Below, one piece after another: positions 1 to 9,911 of a stretch of 18,453 nt of DNA. How positions within the stretch are numbered: position 1 is the first letter of the stretch; every line of letters begins with the position of its first letter. The notes below the pieces were generated by a model that saw only the letters and a program-made list of their open reading frames with translations, did no database searches and was not told the DNA's origin. Made by a program: the position numbers and the translations under genes. This DNA comes from Azolla caroliniana (taxonomy: Eukaryota; Plantae; Polypodiophyta): the NCBI GenBank assembly GCA_043228905.1, contig JBHGNT010000647.1:1-18453 (forward strand), written 5' to 3'.

Positions 1-1285
1 AACGTGGAATACAAGGTTTTTCGCAAGGTGAATACTACTGAGGTCGTTGCAATAGATCGTCATCGGATCAGGCACCTCCACATGCAGATCCCGTAATAGC
101 CGTTTTAGCCAAATGACTTCGCACGTAGCGACAATCACCCCTCGATATTTGGCCTTCGTGCTTGATAGTGCGACTGTCGGTTGCTTCTTGCTGCTCCATG
201 CGATTGCCACAATTCCTAAGGAGAATGCGTACCTGTATGAGGATCTATGATCGTGGGCATTTCCGGCCCAATCGGCATCCGTGTAGCCAACTAACTATTC
301 GCCTTTGCCTGCCCGATACAGCAATGCCATGTCTTTCGTGCCGCTGACATACCGTAATATCCTTTGCGTGCACTGAAAGTGTTCGGTCGTGGGCTACGAC
401 ATAAAATGACTGATCATTCTGATCGGGAAGCTGAGATCCAACCGAGTAATCGTCAAGTAAATTAGGCTTCCGACAATTTGTCGAAATCGTGTCGGGTCGC
501 ACGCCTTTCCCGAATCTTGGCGAAGATTTACGTTTTGATCTAGAGGGGTCGTGATGGGCTTATAGTCTGCCATCCCGAACTTGAAGAGCATGTTCAACAC
601 GTAGTGATGCTGGCTGATTAATATGCCTTCTGGGGAACGGATCACTTCGATCCCAAGGAAGTAATGAAGGTCTCCAAGATCCTTCATTTCGAATAATGCC
701 GCGAGTTGAGATTTTACGCGGTTGATTTCATCTAGGTTGGCACTGGCAATGACTAAATCATCAACATACAATAGAAGATAGACCGGTCCATGTCGAGCTT
801 GCCGAACAAACAATGAAGAGTCCGATTTGGACGTCGTAAACCCCATTCTACACAACCGTTGCGTAATCTTCGCATTCCAAGCTTTTGGGGCTTGTTTAAG
901 TTTGTATAGCGCCTTCTTCAATCGGCACACAACCGAAGTGTTGTGTTCGGATAGAAATCCGGGGGGTTGTACCATGTACACTTGTTCCTCAAGATCACCT
1001 TGCAGGAACGCATTCTTTACATCCATCTGATGTAGATGCCACCCCTTCGTCGCTACTACGGCTAGCAAAACACGCATGGTAGTCATCTTTGCGACAGGCG
1101 TGAAGGTCTCATCGTAATCAATGCCGTGTTTCTGCGCATAGCCTTTCGCAACCAAACGGGCCTTATATTGGTTAACCGAGCTTTCGATGTTATATTTCAC
1201 CTTATACACCCATCTGCATCCGATCGTCTTTACACCCTTCGGTGCGTTAACTAGGTCCAAAGTCTCATTATTCGTTAAAGCACGT
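1..1285 (-). pseudogene. pol: Ty1/Copia pol fragment: reverse transcriptase (RVT_2 type) followed by degenerate RNase H
   Basis: ORF 394..1329 has Copia RT motifs YKARLVAKGYAQ, QMDVKNAFLQG, LYKLKQAPKAW and LLYVDD. Reading past the stop at 394 gives GYTDADWAG and, after a frameshift, WSSKKQPTVALSS and IYCNDLSSIHLAKNLVFH (RNase H). The ORF's first ~14 codons lie in the inserted LTR. Confidence 0.95.
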
Positions 1286-1810
1286 TGTCGTGTCGTTACG
1301 CACGTACGTGTAGAAAGGGGCGGGACCACGGGGGACTTGGACCGAGGAGCGAGAGAGAGAGACAGAGAGAGAGATTCACCGACACATAGTGTCAGGAATA
1401 GTACTAAAGCAAAGATGGAATTAGTACTAAGAAGAGCAGTACTATTAGTACTAAGAGGACGGGACTACGTAAGATTCCCGAGAGAGGAAGTGAGAAGAGG
1501 AGAGAGAGAGATAGCGACGATGAAAGAGAGAGAAAGATGATGACAACAGCTAATATATTATGTGAAAAGATAAGTACAAGCGGCTAAGAGGCTTAAGACT
1601 GGGGTTGAACCAATTTGGTTCAACATAATGCCTAGTGCCTTCTTTTATAGTGTTGTCAGGAGTAATCCGGAAACTTCTAGAATGTTCCAGAGAAATCTGG
1701 AATATACATTACTTTCTTATAATAAAACATAAATGAAAATAATATCCCATGAAGAGAGCTCGACCCATATACCATAAGGTCATGGGTTCGAGTCTTGCCA
1801 TATCATGACA
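1286..1810 (-). mobile_element. 3' LTR (525 bp) of a Ty3/Gypsy chromovirus inserted into the Copia RT
   Basis: On - it starts TGTCATG (1810) directly after a polypurine tract and ends CGACA (1286). TATA-like CTATAAAAG at 1642-1650. It interrupts the Copia RT at ..RALTNNET; candidate TSD CACGT 1281-1285 (partner not in window). Confidence 0.85.
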
Positions 1811-1823
1811 CTATCTCCCCCTT
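1811..1823 (-). other. Polypurine tract of the chromovirus
   Basis: AAGGGGGAGATAG on -, between the pol stop (1822-1824) and the LTR TG. Confidence 0.85.
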
Positions 1824-3116
1824 AACGATGACAAGTGGAACTAGTCGGCGCTGATTGCGGACCGGGTTTATCTGGATACTTTCGGTGGAAATCAACAAGC
1901 AGATCCTGAGCATTGGCAACATGCTCAACGGGTTCCCAAGTGCGTTCGCTCGGACTATAACCAACCCAATCGACCAAATAATAAAGTTTGTTGCGAATAA
2001 GTTTGGAATCGAGGATGGCAACAACTTCATACTCCGGGCCGACGTCCAACTCTAGGGGGGGTGGTGGTGGTGTAACACGATCAGGAATGGTGTTTTCTTT
2101 ATAAGGTCCAAGAAGAGAACAATGGAAAACCGGATTAACTTTACCCGTAATACAGAAAGGACCGAGTCGTCGATAATCCAACTTGTCGCATGGTCGACTA
2201 GTCTTGATGTGACTACGTAAGAGCCATACTCGATCTCCGATGGCAAAAGAGGAGGGAAGCTGATGACGATCCGCGTAAGTCTTCTGTGTTTGTTGAGCAT
2301 GACAAAGATGAGTCGAGAGATCTGTCTGGATCTTGCGTAGTCTCTCCAAATGATCCCCGGCACGAGGATTGGTAGGTAGCTCCGGGGTGTCGATCACCGA
2401 CCAACGAGAATGAGAACCGGTATAAGCGTAGAATGGGGAGACTCGAGTCGAGGAGTGAACAACATTATTATACACAAAATCCGCAAAGCGGAGAATCTCG
2501 GCCCAATTGTCCTATTGATAACTCAGGAAACACCGGAGATATTGCTCCAACATTTGGTTTGTTCGCTCTGCCTGCCCATCGGTCTGAGGATGGTAGTCGG
2601 AGGAGAGGTTGTAAGAGACCTTGAGCATCTTGAAGAGATCCTGCCAAATTTTGGAGACAAATTGCGGTCCTCGGTCACTGATGATACTGTCTGGGAGGCC
2701 ATGATGCCGAAATACCTCACGCATGACTAGGGTGGCGGTTTCCTCGCTAGTGATGGCCTTAGTACACGGAACAAAATGTGCCATCTTCGTATATCGATCG
2801 ACGACGGTTAATATAGCATCGAACCCCTGCGAGACCGGCAGATCTGTGATAAAATCAAGACAAATAGACTGCCACGGCTTACTTAGAATCGGTAAGGGTT
2901 CCAACAAGTCATATGGATGGTGTCGTGGCATCTTTGCTCGACAGCAAGCATCACAAGTCCGAATGTAGTTGTCGACAAAACGGCGCATGTGGGGCCACCA
3001 AAAAGATCGCTGCACTAGCTCCAATGTCTTAGTACTACCGAAATGTCCCACCGTATGGGTGTCGTGACAATGCTGGACGATTGGAAGGTGACAGGAGCAA
3101 TCGGGGACATATACGC
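1822..3116 (-). pseudogene. pol: Gypsy chromovirus (Tcn1-like) integrase with C-terminal chromodomain, 5'-truncated
   Basis: ORFs 2512..3165 and 1822..2475 are in frame, split by one TAG. Motifs: HHCC zinc finger (HD..GH..CDAC), DFITDLP, VVDRYTKMAHF, SDRGPQF, HPQTDGQAER, KLDYRRLGPF, and chromodomain EYEVVAILDS..YLVDWVGY..TWEP. Confidence 0.93.
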
Positions 3117-3712
3117 GCTTTGGAATCGGAGCTCGTATTTTTATCTTTCCGACGCGCCTCCTCATCTAGCAAGCTCAACTTTACTCTTGCTAGGGATAGT
3201 CGTTTTCCTTCCGGCCCGGCGTTGCCCAATGTGACAACCAACGTCTCCCAGCTATCCGGGAGGGAACCGAGCAGGAGCAGCGCTAGTACCTCATCCGCGA
3301 GAGGTACTTCCAATGAAGTTGCCTAGTGGATCAGCCCTTGGAAGGCATTCATGTGCTCCGCCATGCTGGAGTGATCTTGGTACCAGAGTCTTACTAGCTT
3401 CCGGAATACCGAAACCTGATTAACAACATTTTTGTTTTGAAACATTATGCCGATCTTCTCCCAGAGCTCATGAGCCTTGCTCTCTTCATTGAAGTTGTTG
3501 TACAAGCTCATGTCGATGAAGCACCGTATGTACGCCGTTGTCTTCATGTGCATCACCTCCCATATCGCGGCATCGATTTTGTCCGGTCTCTTGACCCCGA
3601 ACTGAACCGGAAACCAGAGGTCTTTAACCACGAGCATGTCCCTCATCTTCGACTTCCACACTGAATAGTTGGAGCCGGTGAGCTTGAACATGCCGCCAAA
3701 CGATTCATCCAT
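3117..3712 (-). pseudogene. gag: Ty1/Copia gag (Tnt1-like), 3'-truncated
   Basis: KLTGSNYSVWKSKMRDML..DLW, then LLLLGSLPDSWETLVVTL..LLDEEARRK (UBN2-type gag). ORFs 3323..3712 and 3035..3313 are in frame across one TAG. It begins just after the PBS. Confidence 0.92.
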
Positions 3713-3727
3713 TTTCTGTGTCGTTTT

Positions 3728-3739
3728 GCTCTGATACCA
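3728..3739 (-). other. Primer binding site, tRNA-iMet
   Basis: TGGTATCAGAGC on -, 2 nt after the LTR end (..CGTCA). Confidence 0.95.
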
Positions 3740-3741
3740 CT

Positions 3742-4472
3742 TGACGAGAACTCAACGCTCCTTATCCGCAACGCTCGGCCACAACCGAGCTTAGAATAAT
3801 ACACAGAAAAATGGGAAATAATAAACGACACAAAGAAGAGAAGAGTACACAGGAGGTTTACGTGGAAAACCCCAAACTAGGGAAAAAACCACGGCAGCTC
3901 ACAGGCTGCAAATTGTCACTATGTAAGAATGTACAACAGTGAGTTCACGGAGGCAACGACCTCGTGCTCACTATCTTTGCCACAGCGACCTGCGGCGGTT
4001 ACAACTGAGGCAGCGACCTCTATCTCTCTCTCTCTCTCTCTATGTACACTGTTACGCGCACTAATCTCTTGCAAAACAAGAATGACAACTACTACTAAAA
4101 GTTTGCCCTAAGTCATATTTATACTAATATGAATTTTCGGCTATTTACAAATATAGCCTCGATGGACTCTCAAAAACATAATTACGAATATGTCTCTTCA
4201 TCCGGTGAGCACTTCTCATCGGGCCTGCACCATCCGGCTCTACGTAGCCGGGTACTCCTCATCCGGTTCTCACCGGGCCTGCACCATCCGGCTCTCCGTA
4301 GCCGGGTACTCCTCATCCGGTTCTCACCGGGTCTGCACCATCCGGCTCTCCGTAACCAGGTACTCCTCATCCGGTTCTCACCGGGCCTGCACCATCCAGC
4401 TCTCCGTAGCCGGGTACTCCTCATCCGGTTCTCACCGGGTCTGCACCATCCGGAGGGACCTGTCTCCCAACA
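3742..4472 (-). mobile_element. 5' LTR (~731 bp) of the Copia element
   Basis: On - it starts TGTTGGG (4472) and ends CA (3742) next to the PBS. TATAAAT near 4117-4123; (CT)n tract ~4024-4041; candidate TSD GGTAG 4473-4477. Confidence 0.85.
4213..4453. repeat. 54-bp tandem repeat, ~4.5 copies, in the Copia LTR U3
   Basis: Unit TTCTCACCGGGCCTGCACCATCCGGCTCTCCGTAGCCGGGTACTCCTCATCCGG starts at 4213, 4267, 4321, 4375 and 4429 (partial). Confidence 0.95.
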
Positions 4473-4847
4473 GGTAGTGGAACCATTATCAACACACTAC
4501 ACAATCTAAGCAGCAATCTAAACATAATAGTTTTAACAATAGAAGACAAAGATCCATAATAACAACATGGACAGTCATGGCAACAATTGTAGGGCCATAT
4601 TATGTTAAGGTTAGCTTGGACCAAAATCAGCCTCAATTTAAACTAATTCATGTTTCTCCATAAATTTGGTAGTTAGCTATGCACGCGGTGAAACCAATGT
4701 CATAAATCTACTAACCAAGTATATAAAAATAAAATTGAAACATATAGAAGATTATAAAGAATAGAATTCACTAGGTAAAACCCAAAATCTGTATTAATAA
4801 TGTGAAATCCAAACAAATCGTCAGTGTCATTTTCTTCATAGAGTCTA

Positions 4848-7800
4848 TTACATAGCAATCAATTCATCAACGCCATTTTCTTCATCATCTTGTGTAGAAC
4901 TCTCTTCGGCTATACGTGCATTGGCTTCCCCTGTTAGCCGAGCCAACGAAATATCTTCTATAAGCTCATCATCAAGCTCTATTAGCTCCCCCGGTTCGCC
5001 GGCTAACGGAGGAATAGGCTCTCGTGAAGCAGGTTGAAACCATTCTGTATTAGCGAGGTTCTTTGCACCGACCTCCTCATCCTGGTCTAGGCACTCCCAC
5101 AAAGCCTTAATCCGCATATTAATAAATATAACCTGCTCCTCGTCCTTCTCCAATGCAACTATATTTCTAAAGAGCTTCAATGCACATGCAAACGTCGTTC
5201 CTGTGAAGTAACAAGAAGATTTAGTTGTCAAACAAAAAAGATTCGGTATTGGTTATCTCAAGATCGTTACCCTAGTTCGAGGAATACCTGTGCCAGAAAA
5301 GAGATCTAATATCCAGTCTCCTTCGATAGAAAACATCTCGATCAAGCGCATCATAAGTCGTTGAGGTTTTTGATATGGGTTGACAAGTCCCCGTTCTGTC
5401 TTGGTGACATGTCGCAATTTCCATGTCACTGCTAGATATACCAACAGATTTGAACCTCCCACTTCATTAGAATTCTCCTTGATTTTCTGTTTCTTAATTT
5501 CATCGAAGTAGCCAACCGTGATGTATTCAATGACATTAATGAACCGAAAAGTTGGCCCTCTATTTACATTGGTTTTTATCCTATAAAAAATATTACATCG
5601 AGTTAAGAATAGATTGAACAACCTTAAGAAATGCAATATAGTGAATGAGACCTATAAATAATCCTTACCATGCAAGGTTCTTGATGCCATGGCAACGAGA
5701 TCTCAAAGCTTGAGATACCGAGTACCCTTGGTCCATACTATGAAAGACAACTATTCGCCACAAGGATGCAGTCGTTAGCTCAACGAAATCCTTGACCATC
5801 TTCTCCAATTGTTTAAACCTAAACGGTTCATCGTCGTATCATGACCCAACCATTCGAAATCTGTAAGGAGTATCTACAATCATTAGCGTATATTCCTTCT
5901 TTGGCACTTTTTGGATCAAGTCAACGACATTGCCGCAAACCACATTGTAGTAAAGATCTCTCGTAATATCTTTTTTGTTGCTAAATTTTTTAAAGGAGCC
6001 ATCTTCCTCCATTTCGTACGCCTTGACTAAGCGAAGATCCTTTTCTTTTCTGGCTCGCTCGAGATGTGCAAGGAAGGATGTAGGGAAATCGTGTATATCC
6101 TTAACTTCTCCTTATTTCTTGCCACGACACGGTTTCTAATAGAAGCAATAGGACATCAGGTATTATTATACAAGCTCTACATATAATGAAAGTGTAATGA
6201 AAAACCACCAATACTAACCCAATGCTTGAATGCAATAAAATACTCTGATAATGCCTTATATGAAGACGTTAGAAGATAATCCTCGGTCACTTGTTCCCAA
6301 GTTATACATCCAAGTTGTTTCATCATAACTTCTTGGATCTTCATGTACACCTTATGACTGTAAAATTAGAAATCAAGATTAGAACTTTGAATTACACCAT
6401 ATAGACTACAATTTCAGTATTTGAAAGACTTACTTATTGAACTCAGTGACCATTTCTTCAAGGCTTAAATCTTTCGCCACAACCCTTGACAAAACAGACA
6501 CAAGAAGCTGCTCGTCCTTAATACTTTGCATCGCTATCCACAGAGACAGCTTCATGTCGTCAGCCGCTTCTTCAATTGTCAAGTCAATTTTCTTGGCGGC
6601 TTGTGACTTTAACTCTAGTTGAGGGTCAACCTTACATTTCTTTTGTCGTTGACCCTTTACCTCCTTATTCTCCCACATTGAGAAGATTTGATCCTGTAGG
6701 TCCCATACTTCTCCATCTCTAAAGGCCAGTTGAAACCAAGACTCATATTTTCGAAGACCATCGGACTTAACATTATCATCTACAACAATACCGACTTCAT
6801 GCAGACATTGACGTCGTAGACCTGGATGTAGCTTCACACCAAAATTTTGTTTCACGTCCAAATACTCATGGTGGAAGAACCGTATACGCTCAATCAACGA
6901 CATTTTCTGCCTATAGTCATTATCATTATTATGGTCCCATGCCAAAAGCTTGGCCTCTTCAGTTGTGAGCCCCACATAAATTTTGCACTCGGCATACTTG
7001 AAGAAGAAAGTCGTTGGATGTTCTCTCACAAGTTGCCGACGTGCCTCTGCCGAATGCGATCCACCAATGACAAAGTAATTATATTGATCATGCTTTCTAA
7101 TATCAAAATCTTCAATGGTTTCAGATTCTTCAGGATCTACCATAACAATAAAAGGCACCACAGTGGCATGAGGATTAATTTTCATTTTTTTCTTCAGATT
7201 TTGTACATGCATGTGGTGTGGCTCTCTAATCTCAAGTGGTCTTCGACCTGTTTTTTCATCAATAGGGGGCCGATGGATGTGTGTTATAGGCAAATTAAAC
7301 ATTTGCCTTTTCCTGACTAGTTTACACTGCATTAACTCTCTCCTTATCTTATTCTGCTTGGATGACAACACACCCGATGCCAGCTCAGCTCCTGGCGTCC
7401 CCTTAGTGTCCTCCTCTTCATTTTCACTTGTTGAATCAGAGTTCGACATTTTGGTTGTCTTCTTCTTTGGTGCTCTTGATTGTACTTTAGATACCCTTTT
7501 TGTGGCCTTCACTAGGGAGGGCACTTCATCTCTTAGAGTTACATGGCCTTGTATATAAGGCCTCAAGGTAACAATAAGGTTTTGTGAGCTTTCAAGATCT
7601 TTTTTGAACGCTTCGGGCCCACAAGATTCCTTTACTAGAAGATCTTCTAAAAGGAACACTTTACGTACCCCCTTGGAGCACTCTATCATTACCAGTATGT
7701 TGGCCGAATCTGCATCTTCGTAGTCAAATCGTAGAATACGGCCATACATAAATGGGGTTTCCTTTCCAAGCTGCCCCTCCCCCTTCTTCTTTGTTGTATA

Positions 7801-9107
7801 CAATACGACTTTTTTCTTTGAGTCGACATATTGCATACACCATTCCTTGTCCATTAGATCACGGTCAGGAAGGTCTTCACCTCCAGTTGCTGCTACAAGT
7901 TCCTTTTGGCCGACATCAATGTGTGGTTGAGATTTTCACTCCTCGTTGAAGAGAAGCTTTTTTCCTCTCTTGATGGACTCGGGAGCTACTAGGGTTTGTG
8001 TTTCGATTGGAGAACCCTGTATGCGAAGCTTTATTTTCTTCACAGGTCAGTCCGACAGGTCCTCAAACGACCTATTTAAGAAAGTACATGCGAAAACATA
8101 AGTTAGGCAGTCACGTAGATTAAGGTTGTATATTAAAATATAAATAAGTAGATGAAGAAATACACTAGCAGGCGATTAGTGGTGAACTATAAATATCAAT
8201 CATGCATTTAGAGTATATGGTAGTCCTATATTCAAATATCGTAATGAGTATACAACTTAGAAAATATATATCGTAATGAGTATACAAGGTTATATATTGT
8301 CTTGAAGGGCAGGTATGACTTATATTGATTCCATAACTACATTGTAGATAATTTGCATATGATAGACTTGAGATTGGTATCGTAAAGGCAATTTATGAGT
8401 TATTTTCTACTATTTTAGGCTATAGAAGGTCATAAAACACCTATAATTAAGGCCTGTTTTTTTTAAAAAGTAAGGGAAGTCGACATAAAAAAGACTGATT
8501 TTGACAGCCAGTTTGATAAAAAATACTAAATTGTTGCCCAAAAACACAAGATATCGAGCAAAACGCAAAAATAATCCTGGAACTCGACACACGTTATCAA
8601 GTTCCTGTTTTAAACACAAATATTCCACAGGAACTCGATACGCTGTATCGAGTTCCTGTTTAAAACGCAAAGAAAACATAGGAACTCGATACGGCATATC
8701 GAGTTCCTGTTTAAAACCTTAACTTTACACAGGAACTCGATACGCCGTATCGAGTTCCTGTGTGTTCTTTGCTTTTTAAATAGGAACTCGATACGGCGTA
8801 TCGAGTTCCTATTTAGAGTTAAGGTTTTAAACAAGAACTCGATACGCCATATCGAGTTCCTGTGTGTTCTTGTTTAAAAAGAAAAGAACACACAGGAACT
8901 CGATACGGCGTATCGAGTTCTTGTTTAAAACCTTAACTCTAAACAGGAACTCGATACGCTATATCGAGTTCCTATATAGAGTTTGTATTTTATACAAGAA
9001 CTCGATACGGCGTATCGAGTTCTTGAGTGACAAAACATATTTACAAAAATGTCCACAGTGTCAGAGGCCTACCTAGAGTCCTGGCGCTCGATTCTCTTTG
9101 AAGACAT
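4848..9107 (-). pseudogene. Six-exon gene: ParB/Srx-like domain fused to a beta-class N4-cytosine/N6-adenine DNA methyltransferase (~974 aa, four in-frame stops)
   Basis: Exons on -: 9107-9073, 8071-6434, 6357-6219, 6135-5669, 5580-5288, 5200-4848. All introns are GT..AG and phase-consistent (2925 nt). Spliced product: ParB-like PFIVMV..YFVIGGSHSAEARRQL..IYVGLTTEEAKLLA..HN (~7300-6880); VVCGNVVDLIQKVPKKEYTLMIVDTPY (motif IV, 5874-5863); AWIKTN..IEYITVGY; NPYQKPQRLMMRLIEMFS.EGDWILDLFSGTGTT..CALKLFRNIVALEKD (motifs X-I-II). Stops at 8049, 7938, 6114 and 5841. Exon 1 is the least certain. Confidence 0.85.
8578..9024. repeat. Array of nine 29-bp palindromes AGGAACTCGATACG-S-CGTATCGAGTTCCT with AT-rich 22-bp spacers (one 32 bp)
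   Basis: Copies start at 8578 (degenerate), 8629, 8680, 8731, 8782, 8833, 8894, 8945 and 8996. Confidence 0.97.
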
Positions 9108-9230
9108 GGTTGATCTTGTGGCAGTGGAGGCGGAGATCACGCTTTCGTGCTTCGTGCTCTGTGTGCTCTGTCGCTCTTTGTGCTCTTGTATGGTCTTGTG
9201 TACTCTTGTGAGTGAAATATGACGAGGTCT

Positions 9231-9244
9231 TCCTTTTTATAGGG
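9231..9244 (-). promoter_or_regulatory. Candidate TATA box of the ParB-MTase gene
   Basis: CCCTATAAAAAGG on -, ~130 bp upstream of the predicted ATG at 9107. Confidence 0.5.
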
Positions 9245-9423
9245 ATTGACCATAGTGGTTAAAGTAACCATAGTCACCCTAACCAAGGTTGGTAAGTTTG
9301 AGGTTAGTTAGTTGGTAATCATAGTCACATTAACTAGAGTAACTTATGATTGCATTAATGATTACAAAGTCATAACAACTTACAATGACTTTAAAGGTCA
9401 TGAAGGAGACAATGATAGAGGTT

Positions 9424-9607
9424 CATGAATGTACCAATGATTGATTACTAAAAGCAACATTTTTATGACTCTCAATTGTTGTGTATTAAAGATGTGGGCA
9501 TGAATTAACCAATGATTGATAAGTCTAATATTTACAATGGTGAGCATTAATGAACCAATGACTGAGAGGTTCTATATCAAATATGGGTGCCATTAATTAG
9601 CCAATGA
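9424..9607 (+). promoter_or_regulatory. Four repeated CAT(G/T)AATnnnCCAATGA elements (CCAAT-box-like) between the divergent genes
   Basis: CCAATGA at 9434, 9509, 9555 and 9601, each preceded by CATGAAT or CATTAAT plus 3 nt. Confidence 0.5.
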
Positions 9608-9911
9608 TTTTAACTTTAATCCAACATATTTATGGGTTGGTAATGATTGGATTTATATTATACTTGATTTAACTTCATATAGACCTAGTTTAAATAATTA
9701 TTGATATTTTAAATACAATTACTATATTAAAAATAATATTTCTATGTATTGTATTAATATAATATTAAATAATATAGACATTCTATTGAGGGAGCTTTTG
9801 TTTAGAGAGAAGTTTATGTTTAGAGAGGAGTATATGTTTAGAGAGGAGCTTATTAGTTTTTTGGCTTAGCCTAAGCACATAACTTATAGAGCCCTATCTA
9901 GACCTTAAGCC

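Noticed and set aside
2120-2145. Short integrase segment KVNPVFH lacking the usual ~15 aa
   Set aside because: Looks like an ordinary microhomology deletion (NPV..HPV) in a dead copy.
4129-4509. Repetitive ORFs on both strands
   Set aside because: By-products of the 54-bp LTR tandem repeat.
4848-7854. Bacterial contamination or a restriction-modification operon
   Set aside because: The gene has phase-consistent GT-AG introns, there is no nuclease partner, and it is embedded in plant retroelements.
8471-8560. Possible inverted-repeat partner of 12960-13020 (TAAGGGAA..AAAACACA..GATA)
   Set aside because: The similarity is too short and patchy in AT-rich DNA, and it would put a terminus inside intron 1.
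8578-9024. CRISPR array (29-bp palindromic repeats with regular spacers)
   Set aside because: Spacers are short, AT-rich and copies or inversions of one another. Repeats alternate in polarity, no cas genes are present, and the context is a eukaryotic intron.
8410-9076. ORFs 8410..8697, 8501..8722, 8610..8834 and 8864..9076
   Set aside because: They are translations of the palindrome array inside a predicted intron.
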